Source: Nemertoderma westbladi
Taxonomy: Eukaryota > Animalia > Xenacoelomorpha
Length of the DNA: 43,013 bases
NCBI GenBank assembly: GCA_032718475.1
Contig: JAUCBJ010001798.1
Span: forward strand, 1 to 43,013
Direction of reading: 5' to 3'
Shown: piece by piece, positions 1-10,555 of the stretch
Numbering within the stretch: position 1 is the first letter of the stretch
Layout: every line of letters starts with the position of its first letter
Notes under the pieces: model-generated
The model's input: the letters and a program-made list of their open reading frames with translations, nothing else
The model's database searches: none
What the model was told of the DNA's origin: nothing
Position numbers and translations under genes: made by a program

Positions 1-245
1 CTAACTCCGATCGCGAGTTGTTAGTGCTAGTACTTGACCTCATCCTCTCAATTACTTTCACTTTCTTACTAACTCCACACGTGAGTTGATTGTGGTAGTA
101 CTCGACCTCACCCTCTCAATTACTTTCACTTTCTTACTAACTCCGATCGCGAGTTGTTAGTGCTAGTACTTGACCTCACCCTCTCAATTACTTTCACTTT
201 CTTACTAACTCTACACGTGAGTTGATTGTGTTAGTACTTGACGCC
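1..245. repeat. 68-bp tandem repeat with alternating A/B variants (136-bp higher-order unit), truncated by the window edge
   Basis: Units start at 1, 69, 137 and 205. Units 1 and 3 carry ccgatcgcgagttgttagtgc; units 2 and 4 carry c(c/t)acacgtgagttgattgtg. Confidence 0.9.
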
Positions 246-530
246 CTGTCCTCTCTTATTTTCGCCTCAGTTATGTATTTATCGTTTTGTCCCAAAATTG
301 TAATACTCACTTCGTCCCCAAATTATGTCATTGTTGTCGCCGGTATTTTAATCAAAAGGTTCGCATGTTTGCATACTTGTACACACACATACCGAAAAAC
401 TAGACTTTCATTCCCGTAGATTGACCAGTCTATCTATAGCAGAAACTAACAAAATTCCTTGACTTGGTGCGGCACCCTCAATATAATCTGACCATTTAAA
501 TCATCAAAATACGTACGACACACCCATCCA

Positions 531-790
531 TCTTACTAACATGATCATTTCGTACAGTACGTGGACTCGGGTTACAGCGGGATTCCACATTTCATTCATA
601 TAATAAACCCCCCAAGTCTTGTCTTACTAACATGATCATTTTGTACAGTACGTGGACTCGGGTTACAGCGGGATTCCACATTTCATTCATATAATAAACC
701 CCCCCTCAGTCCCACTAACATTATCAAGTACTGTAAGTGGCCCCAGGTGAAAGCGGGATGCCACATGTTCACTCATATAACCACCCCCCT
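531..790. repeat. ~91-bp tandem repeat, two near-identical copies plus a diverged third
   Basis: tcttactaacatgatcattt..gtacagtacgtggactcgggttacagcgggattccacatttcattcatataataaacccccc starts at 531 and ~623; a diverged copy follows from ~711. Confidence 0.85.
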
Positions 791-1103
791 CTCGATATAT
801 ACTGACATTATATTATATAATTAATAATATAACCCTTCACAACGCCCATCAACCTCAAACAGAATTATTGAATCTCTGCACATTCATTGGTCGAATCTAC
901 TAATTTGTTAGCCCTAGTATGCCTGTCATGTGTTACATCAATGCAAACCTCATGTTTTAGGCCTGACCCCCTCCATTCAGCATCTTGACCTCCTGTTATC
1001 ACCTCGCGATGTAATAATTTACCATTATATACTAATACTTCATTCTGAGCAATTTCGTCAGTCTTCCTATTTTCTCCACCGGTTGTCACAAATTGTTTTT
1101 TAC

Positions 1104-1140
1104 CGCTCGCTCGCTCGCTCGCTCGCTCGCTCGCCCGCTC
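1104..1140. repeat. (GCTC)n microsatellite
   Basis: Direct reading; it produces the ERAS/SLAR repeats in the ORF track. Confidence 0.9.
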
Positions 1141-1439
1141 CCGTCCACTCACTTGCACGCCTTTTCATTCGTCCCATTTCTTTTACTTTGATATAACACT
1201 TTATTTCTGCTGATATTTGTAACCACATATACTCGAAGTAAATGATTCATTCATTTCCCCTCCCCTTATTTTATCCATATTTTTACTACGTTATCGAAAT
1301 ATATTATGTTATTTATTAGTGCTTTTATTGTCCATATTTCATTATCATAACTGCCCGTAATTTGTAAATACAAAACGATTGAATGCGAGCGCGTTAATAA
1401 AGAAACTCAATTTTGCAACCGAAACCTCCCTTGAGTGTC

Positions 1440-2138
1440 CCAATGATAGACAGTGCCCTTAGTAGTCTTGTGTAGCAACCATCAATTCGTTGTTCAAGTG
1501 ATTTTGTCAGTTTCCAATTCTCACCCCCGTATAAAAGTACACATTCCACTGCGGCTCGAAAGAACTTAGTCTCCAGGTGCCTTGATAGATCTGATTTCCA
1601 GATGGTATCCATTTTTGATAGAGCTACCCAAGCCTTTGCATTCCTAACTTCTATGTCCTTTTTGCTACTTTCTATCCATGATCCAAGGTACTGGAAGTCA
1701 TCGACCTCCCTTAGTTGATTATTATCAATGGTTGTCAAGTTTCCATCAACATTAAAGGTCATGAATTCGGTCTTGGTAGCATTTATATACAATCCAACCT
1801 CCTTAGCAGCCCTCTCCACTTTATTTAGTAGAAACTGTGCATCTGCTAGCGTATTAGAGAGCAGGACGATGTCATCCGCAAAGTCGGAGTCTGTGACTGT
1901 AGTTGCCGGATATCTACTACTTCTGCGTTCTTGAAGTGTGAATCCCACACCTTCACCCTTTGTAGCGTCCTCATTGCGTAATCCAGCACAATTACGAATA
2001 GTAATAGCGCCAATGTGTTACCTTGCAGTACGCCAGCAGCCAGGATTGAGAAGAACTCAACTGAGCTTCTGTGTCACAATATAATAATCCAATGTCAGCG
2101 ACAATTACTTCTGGTATTCCATAAGCTCTTAGGATTTC
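1440..2138 (-). mobile_element. RTE-clade non-LTR retrotransposon RT fragment (second family, B), frameshifted
   Basis: The minus strand reads ILRAYGIPEVIV...AGVLQGNTLALLLFVIVLDYAMR, then a frameshift into ORF 1394-1948 with DSDFADDIVLLS, FQYLGSWI and LLYGGENW. Nucleotide sequence differs clearly from family A at 13.1 kb. Confidence 0.9.
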
Positions 2139-2149
2139 GAGCATTGAAG

Positions 2150-2222
2150 GAATGCGGTAAGGTGGGAATGTGGGAAGATTGGAATGTGGAAAGGTGGATG
2201 GGATTTGGGAATGTGGGAAGAA
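2150..2222. repeat. Degenerate (GGAATGT)-like simple repeat
   Basis: ggaatgcgg, gggaatgtgggaag, ggaatgtggaa, gggaatgtgggaag in succession. Confidence 0.6.
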
Positions 2223-2269
2223 TGTGTATCCTCAATCCTCAATCTCAATCTGTGTCATGTACAAGAATC

Positions 2270-2590
2270 AATCTTAGGGGGACCAATGAAACACCTCGAA
2301 TTCTGTAAAATGTGTGCATTGTACTTGACACAGTATCATTCTTAACTTGTGTATGTGTCACCCAGAGATTTGGTGTACTCAGCAGTTAGAGCCTAGCATT
2401 GACTCCCATAGAGGAATACCGATTTCACTGCTGCTCTAAATAACCTTAAGATTGTGCTATATTCTGTGTGACTTACAAATACTGGACAGCCCATTCAATA
2501 CTGTCCATGTCTTTCCCTTACGTATTCGAAGGTCCCTGACTTCGGGATCTATGATCCCAAGTAGCATAAGTCATCTATATGTTCAACCAT
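2270..2590 (-). mobile_element. Decayed RTE family A fragment (RT C-terminal region)
   Basis: The reverse complement aligns by eye to 13735-14080, e.g. gaccttcgaatacgtaagggaaag, ttatttagagcagcagt, gctctaactgctgag and tgtgtcaagtacaatgcacacat. Confidence 0.85.
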
Positions 2591-3465
2591 TTGAAGCACA
2601 CTTGCAAAGTTAATTTTTGAGGAAATTATATTAGCATATATTCAATGATGAAGCATATCTCATTCACAATAACGATTAGATAGTTAACCTCGGTGTTGAA
2701 AACGGATATGCAGCCCTTCAGAAAGACAAAGACAGAAAGACATGCGATTCAATAGGTGTTTCAAACCTCACGAAACCTGCGAATAAAGGCGTGGTGTGCC
2801 TTTGGCTCCGACACTGGAGAACATTATGGATCAACATTTCAGGAGAAGATTCCTGAACAACAGTACAATCCCTCTACCCTTCAATGAGGACGTGTTATGG
2901 ACCTTCAGGATTCCGTCGTGCTAGGGTTATGGCTTTCTTTAGGGTCGGGTCGTGTGACTTATACAGAAGGATTTCTAGAATAAATGAAAGGAGTGCAAAT
3001 TCTATACGTAAATTAAGGCCCATTATTTTTACGTCCAGCATACAAGTTCCTACACCCAGCTACTGTCGGTGGGTAACCTGACGACGTTGCAGTAAATTCA
3101 TCCCTTACAAATTACGTTCGCGGTAAACGTTATATAGGGAAGAGGTGACATTTAATGTAGAGTCACACTCATGAATGAAATCCTACACTCAATATTGTCA
3201 CGTTAAATACACTGAAATATCACCATTAACTACTAAACATCTGGCGGCTCTAATATTATCACTTAAACTAAGGTGCTTCCTTGTATGTAGACTTCAAAAT
3301 ACCATACCAGGTACTCATTCTGACTGTGAATATGGTGTCAATTCCCAAACAATATTGTCCGCTTTGTTCGTACAACAATAATTACTGTATTCACATTATA
3401 CCATCCTACTGTACTACAACCACCACAATATAATTATTGCATCTTTTGGCTTCATTAATACGCAG

Positions 3466-3559
3466 TGTTTAATGGGTTTGGCAGTTTACATGGCTTCCTC
3501 ACACTTTGTTTGTTTAATGGGTTTGGCAGTTTACATTGCTTCCTCACACTTTGTTTGTT
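3466..3559. repeat. 45-bp tandem duplication
   Basis: tgtttaatgggtttggcagtttacat(g/t)gcttcctcacactttgtt occurs twice in a row. Confidence 0.85.
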
Positions 3560-4225
3560 CATCACTTAAACACACTTAGTCATACCGCATTATAATTCAA
3601 TCGGTAGCCAATATTACAGCCACTGTTATTACCCATGCAATTATGTCCTTTATTGGTTGGTATTATTCACTCTCACGCGTGCTTTATTTTGGTTTGTTAG
3701 GGCCGTGTACCACTTGTAAGTCATAAGCCATTTGTGAAAAAATAAAAGGTACATCAGACATTGGACATTTAATGGAATGCTGGGCTTGCCGCTGCGAGTA
3801 ATTTATCAACTTCGTTAGATATTTGGGAGATAAGAGGTACCAATATAGTGTAGTATATGTCATATGGTTACAGGCGAGTGGGATGTGACAATGGAGGTTA
3901 AAGTGTGAACGCATGTCATAAATATTGCATATTATATAAGAATTATAGTCAATATAAGAATATGAGTAGGAATAATTAACATTTATTATTTATCACGATT
4001 TCTCCGACGTTTACTACGTTCCGTCATGTTAAACCCTCGACCGGGGTTCTACCCCACAGCAGGCCCCTGACTTATAGAACTGGTAAGGCGAGACACAAAG
4101 GTAGTGAGACCATCCACAATCCCTAAATAGGAAAACCCTTACAGCGGCTACCATAAAAAGTCAAATGATAACATCTTCCATTGAAACAAATGAGTTCTTT
4201 AATATATTTTTGACTCATAACTTAC

Positions 4226-4285
4226 CTCCATAGTGATTGCTGTAATATGTTGATCAAAGTCTACCCTCCCCCACATGAGGACATT
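4226..4285 (-). other. Possible 60-nt phase 0-0 exon (NVLMWGRVDFDQHITAITME)
   Basis: The minus strand has an attattttag| acceptor, a stop-free 60-nt frame and a gag|gtaagt donor. The phase is compatible with the phase-0 donor at 11995, but no homology was recognised. Confidence 0.25.
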
Positions 4286-4404
4286 CTAAAATAATGAGTT
4301 TTTATCAATTGCAAATTATTGAACTGGATGTTGTTGATTAAAGATTACCCATTACCAGAATTAATAACACAAATAATCGCTATAATTACCAAAAACAGCA
4401 CCGG

Positions 4405-4545
4405 CACCAACACCAACACCAACTCCAACACCAACTCCGACACCAATACCAATACCAACACAAACACCAACACCAACACCAACACCAACACCAACACCAA
4501 CACCAACACCAACACCAACACCAACACCAACACCAACACCAACAC
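4405..4545. repeat. (ACCAAC)n hexanucleotide microsatellite
   Basis: Direct reading; it explains the TN, VL and WC dipeptide ORFs. Confidence 0.95.
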
Positions 4546-5134
4546 CGCCACAGGAAATACAACCAACGGTTCCTTATCCCTTTGTCATTGGTCATTGTGC
4601 AATTAAAGTAGAAACCATGGACTCCAGCCATAATGTACCTAATCGTTTTGCTGAAAAATTATCAGTGCAAGGGAAAAATAATAGTAAGAAGAGTTTAACT
4701 ATTTAGTCATAAGATGAATATTTTACTATTGATTATAAAATATCCGGAAAAGGTGAAAAAGATAGCCGCGAGGATTAGCAATCTTACCTGCCAGATAAAG
4801 CCCTAGAATATGTCATTTGATAGCCCACCATTTGTGCATGTCAATCATATAAGGCTCACCTTGATGAGAATTGATTCCTGAATGTGTGTTATGCGTGTAA
4901 ATTAGGGCAGAACCATAGATAATATTAAAATTTTAATTCAGGCCGATTGACCAACCGTAGAGTGAAACATGACTAAGTGATACGGCCGTACAATGAGTGC
5001 CCGCAAGCGGAATTTTTACTTTCTGAAGTCCTTGCCTTGCCTTGCCTTGCCTTGGGCAAACTGGACTCGAAAGAGTCTTTTCATCAAAATGTCTGAAAAT
5101 AATACGTTATAGCTGGAAAGTGCTAAAATGCACA

Positions 5135-5335
5135 ACGTACAACAATGAAGAGCAACAATGAGCAACAAATAGCAATAACGGGCAACAACGAGCAACATCG
5201 AGCAACAATAGGAAATGAGCAACACAGAGCAATAATGAGCCAAGTACGAGCAATAATGAGCAGCAAATATCAATAATAAGCAAGTACAAGCAGCAATGAC
5301 ATACAAGGAGCAAGAACGACTACATTGAGCAATAC
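5135..5335. repeat. Degenerate ~10-bp repeat (GAGCAACAAT-like)
   Basis: Recurrent gagcaacaat, gagcaataat and gagcaacatc units. Confidence 0.7.
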
Positions 5336-5461
5336 ACTAATATATAAGTGTTGCCCCAGTAGAAGAGGATAATTTCTACCACAATCTACAAGGAGCTACT
5401 GATGGAGTAGATCAGCATGAATCCTTAACCTTCCTGGGTGAATTTAATGCAAGCCTGCAAT

Positions 5462-5568
5462 GTCAGGGACAAGTGGCTGAACTGGTTAGCGCTACTGATG
5501 AGGCCTGATAGGCCGAAACGTACGTATAGCGCTGGTTCAACCCCCGGTGACGTGCTTTCTCATTTTTT
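5462..5568 (+). mobile_element. tRNA-derived Pol III unit (SINE/retrozyme-like) carrying a hammerhead ribozyme
   Basis: A box TGGCTGAACTGG at 5474-5485 with D-stem gctg/tagc; B box GGTTCAACCCC at 5534-5544; T6 run at 5563-5568. It interrupts the APE coding remnant just after the GEFNA motif. Confidence 0.6.
5488..5533 (+). ncRNA. Type I hammerhead ribozyme with minimal helix III
   Basis: Stem I agcgcta (5488-5494) / tagcgct (5527-5533); core CTGATGA 5495-5501; stem II ggcct-gat-aggcc 5502-5514; GAAA 5515-5518; helix III C5519-G5524 closing a palindromic GTAC loop; cleavage triplet GTA 5524-5526. Confidence 0.9.
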
Positions 5569-6770
5569 CCACTTCTTAACTAAACCATTTACATTACATC
5601 AATTACCTACAACGTCATGGGTCAACAGCAATATTGCCAACCGAAATTCAATTCAAGGATTTCATATCTTGAAATTGGTTTTTTTCAGGTGGGACCCAGT
5701 TCAAGAAGCGAACTGGAAAGTTATGACTCACAATGGACCCAGTGGTCATAAGTACCAGAATGACCATATTCTGTTTTGTAAGAAATACAGGAGCTCTATA
5801 CAAGACTGTAATGCCTTTACACTTAGACCCTTCTCCAGTGATCACCGCCTTATTGTGGCCAAGGAAAGACCTAATCTCCGCGCTAGCAAGAGACTAAGTA
5901 ATCCTAAGTAATAAGTACTAAATACTAAGTAATAAGTAATATTCATTAGATCAGACTGCTTCTAGTGTTGGTCTTTTTGTTAACTCAAATAAGAAAATTA
6001 TTGATTTAACTTCAACAGTCCTCACAAATGGGATCATGAATCTGGAAGTAGTCAGGTGAAGACCTTCGAATAAGTAGGGAAAAGAATGGCATGGGCTGCC
6101 CAGGATTTGGAATTCACATACAATACAAGAAACATAAGGTACGATCATTTAAACAGCAGTAGTACCAGGATATTCAAATATTGGAGTCCATGCTGGGCTC
6201 AAACTGCTGAGGTAACCAAATCTCTGGATGCCACATACAAAAGAATGCCACGCCGGGTTCACTGTGTCAAGTGCAATGCCCACATATCCAACCAGACACT
6301 ATATAACATTGGAGGTGTCTCATTGGTTCCCCCAAACTTCATACTTGATCAGAGCCGCCTCCGCTTCACAGGGCATTACTTTCGCCGTGAGAACCTACCT
6401 GTGCACAATATTGGGCTTTGGCAGCCTCATATAGAGAATATAAGCATGATGGACAGCCTGATGACATTCTTGAGACGCTAAAGGACACTGGCCTTGGAGA
6501 TGCTGATGATATTGCGAAAGTCATGGGTGATAGGGAGTTGTGGAGGGGCAGTTTTGTCGATAAGACGTTATAGCAATCTTAATGCAACTGCAATGCAGAA
6601 GGCAGCATCCCGATTCATAGATAGATATATAAAACCTCAATAAACGTGGGTCGGGTAACCTACAGTAAAACGATATACATTAGAACGGATTCAAGTTGTT
6701 ATTAACCATTAAAGGATTTAATGTTTTTGAATTAGATGTTATAACTGAAATTAAACTTAATTAAACTTTA

Positions 6771-9700
6771 GTTAAATAAACTACTTTAGATAGGCCCACA
6801 AAAGGGTTAAATAAACTACTTATTGTAGGACTCCAAAATGGTTAAATAAACTACTTTAGATAGGCCCACAAAAGGGTTAAATAAACTACTTATTGTAGGA
6901 CTCCAAAATGGTTAAATAAACTACTTTATGGTAGGACTCCAAAAGGGTTAAATAAACTACTTTATGGTAGGACTCCAACGGGGTTAAATAAACTACTTAG
7001 GGTAGGACTCCAAAAGGGTTAAATAAACTACTTTATGGTAGGATTCCAAAAGGGTTAAATAAACTACTTTATGGTAGGACTCCAAAAGGGTTAAATAAAC
7101 TACTTTATGGTAGGACTCCAAAAGGGTTAAATAAACTACTTTATGGTAGGACTCCAAAAGGGTTAAATAAACTAATTTATGGTAGAATTCCAAAAGGGTT
7201 AAATAAACTACTTTATGGTAGGACTCCAAAAGGGTTAAATAAACTAATTTATGGTAGGACTCCAAAAGGGTTAAATAAACTACTTTATGGTAGGATTCCA
7301 AAAGGGTTAAATAAACTACTTTATGGTAGGACTCCAAAAGGGTTAAATAAACTACTTTATGGTAGGATTCCAAAAGGGTTAAATAAACTACTTTATGGTA
7401 GGACTCCAAAAGGGTTAAATAAACTAATTTATGGTAGGACTCCAAAAGGGTTAAATAAACTACTTATTGTAGGACTCGAAAAGGGTTAAATAAACTACTT
7501 TATGGTAGGATTCCAAAAGGGTTAAATAAACTACTTTATGGTAGGACTCCAAAAGGGTTAAATAAACTACTTTATGGTAGGATTCCAAAAGGGTTAAATA
7601 AACTACTTTATGGTAGGACTCCAAAAGGGTTAAATAAACTAATTTATGGTAGGACTCCAAAAGGGTTAAATAAACTACTTTATGGTAGGACTCCAAAAGG
7701 GTTAAATAAACTACTTATTGTAGGACTCCAAAAGGATTAAATAAACTACTTTATTGTAGGACTCCAAAAGGGTTAAATAAACTACTTATTGTAGGACTCC
7801 AAAAGGGTTAAATAAACTACTTATTGTAGGACTCCAAAAGGATTAAATAAACTACTTTATGGTAGGACTCCAAAAGGGTTAAATAAACTACTTTATGGTA
7901 GGACTCCAAAAGGGTAAAATAAACTACTTTATTGTAGGACTCCAAAAGGGTTAAATAAACTACTTATTGTAGGACTCCAAAAGGGTTAAATAAACTACTT
8001 ATTGTAGGACTACAAAAGGGTTAAATAAACTACTTTATGGTAGGACTCCAAAAGGGTAAAATAAACTACTTTATTGTAGGACTCCAAAAGGGTTAAATAA
8101 ACTACTTTATGGTAGGACTCCAAAAGGGTAAAATAAACTACTTTATTGTAGGACTCCAAAAGGGTTAAATAAACTACTTATTGTAGGACTCCAAAAGGGT
8201 TAAATAAACTACTTATTGTAGGACTCCAAAAGGATTAAATAAACTACTTTATGGTAGGACTCCAAAAGGGTTAAATAAACTACTTTATTGTAGGACTCCA
8301 AAAGGGTTAAATAAACTACTTATTGTAGGACTCCAAAAGGGTTAAATAAACTACTTATTGTAGGACTCCAAAAGGATTAAAGAAACTACTTTATGGTAGG
8401 ACTCCAAAAAGGGTTAAATAAACTACTTTATGGTAGGACTCCAAAAGGGTAAAATAAACTACTTTAAGGTAGGACTCCAAAAGGGTTAAATAAACTAATT
8501 TATGGTAGGACTCCAAAGGGTTAACTAAACTACTTTATGGTAGGACTCCAAAGGGGTTAAATAAACTACTTTATGGTAGGACTACAAAAGGGTTAAATAA
8601 ACTACTTTATGGTAGGACTCCAAAAGGGTTAAATAAACTAATTTATGGTAGGACTCCAAAAGGGTTAAATAAACTACTTTATGGTAGGACTCCAAAGGGT
8701 TAACTAAACTACTTTATGGTAGGACTCCAAAGGGGTTAAATAAACTACTTTATGGTAGGACTCCAAAAGGGTTAAATAAACTACTTTATGGTAGGACTCC
8801 AAAAGGGTTAAATAAACTACTTTATGGTAGGACTCCAAAAGGGTTAAATAAACTACTTTATGGTAGGACTCCAAAAGGGTTAAATAAACTACTTTATGGT
8901 AGGACTACAAAAGGGTTAAATAAACTACTTTATGGTAGGACTCCAAAAGGGTTAAATAAACTACTTATGGTAGGACTCCAAAAGGGTAAAATAAACTACT
9001 TTATTGTAGGACTCCAAAAGGGTTAACTAAACTACTTTATGGTAGGACTCCAAAGGGGTTAAATAAACTACTTTATGGTAGGACTACAAAAGGGTTAAAT
9101 AAACTACTTTATTGTAGGACTCCAAAAGGGTTAACTAAACTACTTTATGGTAGGACTCCAAAGGGGTTAAATAAACTACTTTATGGTAGGACTACAAAAG
9201 GGTTAAATAAACTACTTTATGGTAGGACTCCAAAAGGGTAAAATAAACTACTTTATTGTAGGACTCCAAAAGGGTTAAATAAACTACTTTATGGTAGGAC
9301 TCCAAAGGGGTTAAATAAACTACTTTATGGTAGGACTACAAAAGGGTTAAATAAACTACTTTATGGTAGGACTCCAAAAGGGTAAAATAAACTACTTTAT
9401 TGTAGGACTCCAAAAGGGTTAAATAAACTACTTATTGTAGGACTCCAAAAGGGTTAAATAAACTACTTATTGTAGGACTCCAAAAGGATTAAATAAACTA
9501 CTTTATGGTAGGACTCCAAAAGGGTAAAATAAACTACTTTATTGTAGGACTCCAAAAGGGTTAAATAAACTACTTATTGTAGGACTCCAAAAGGGTTAAA
9601 TAAACTACTTTATTGTAGGACTCCAAAAGGGTTAAATAAACTACTTTATGGTAGGACTCCAAAAGGGTTAAATAAACTACTTTATGGTAGGACTCCAAAA

Positions 9701-10555
9701 GGGTTAAATAAACTACTTATTGTAGGACTCCAAAAGGGTTAAATAAACTACTTTATGGTAGGACTCCAAAAGGGTTAAATAAACTACTTATTGTAGGACT
9801 CCAAAAGGATTAAATAAACTACTTTATGGTAGGACTCCAAAAGGGTTAAATAAAATACTTACGGTAGTTCTCCAAAAGGGTTAAATAAACTACTTATTGT
9901 AGGACTCCAAAAGGGTTAAATAAACTACTTTATGGTAGGACTCCAAAAGGGTTAAATAAACTACTTTATGGTAGGACTCCAGAAGGGTTAAATAAACTAC
10001 TTATTGTAGGACTCCAAAAGGGTTAAATAAACTACTTTATGGTAGGACTCCAGAAGGGTTAAATAAACTACTTATTGTAGGACTCCAAAAGGGTTAAATA
10101 AACTACTTATTGTAGGACTCCAAAAGGGTTAAATAAACTACTTTATGGTAGGACTCCAAAAGGGTTAAATAAACTACTTTATGGTAGGACTCCAGAAGGG
10201 TTAAATAAACTACTTATGGTAGGACTCCAAAAGGGTTAAATAAACTACTTTATGGTAGGACTCCAGAAGGGTTAAATAAACTACTTATTGTAGGACTCCA
10301 GAAGGGTTAAATAAACTACTTATTGTAGGACTCCAAAAGGGTTAAATAAACTACTTTATGGTAGGACTCCAAAAGGGTTAAATAAACTACTTTATGGTAG
10401 GACTCCAAAAGGGTTAAATAAACTACTTATTGTAGGACTCCAAAAGGGTTAAATAAACTACTTATTGTAGGACTCCAAAAGGGTTAAATAAACTACTTTA
10501 TGGTAGGACTCCAAAAGGGTTAAATAAAATACTTACGGTAGTTCTCCAAAAGGGT
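6771..10555. repeat. 36-bp (35-bp variant) satellite array, roughly 105 units
   Basis: Consensus gggttaaataaactactttatggtaggactccaaaa; variant ctacttattgtagg. It gives the ESYHKVVYLTLL 12-aa artefact ORFs. Confidence 0.97.

Larger units (their letters stand above)
5341..6630 (+). mobile_element. Decayed, internally deleted RTE family A copy: APE endonuclease remnant joined to the RT C-terminus and 3' tail
   Basis: 5362-5452 reads EEDNFYHNLQGATDGVDQHESLTFLGEFNA (GDFNA motif). About 5725-5860 reads THNGPSGHKYQNDHILF...SSDHRLIVAK (DHIL and SDH motifs). 5945-6600 aligns to 13605-14350, and the copy ends in a tagatagata tail. Confidence 0.88.

Noticed and set aside
865-1158. 97-aa minus-strand ORF as a terminal exon
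   Set aside because: It begins in a (GAGC)n microsatellite, has no convincing acceptor and no recognisable domain.
4760-4785. Minus-strand tcctcgcgg, another HDV L3-like word
   Set aside because: No P3 pairing or pseudoknot partners.
4788-4877. Minus-strand segment with acceptor-like and donor-like sites
   Set aside because: All three frames contain stops between the sites.
6771-10555. CRISPR-like repeat length (36 bp; also 28 and 32 bp elsewhere)
   Set aside because: Units are contiguous with no unique spacers, there are no cas genes, and the context is eukaryotic.
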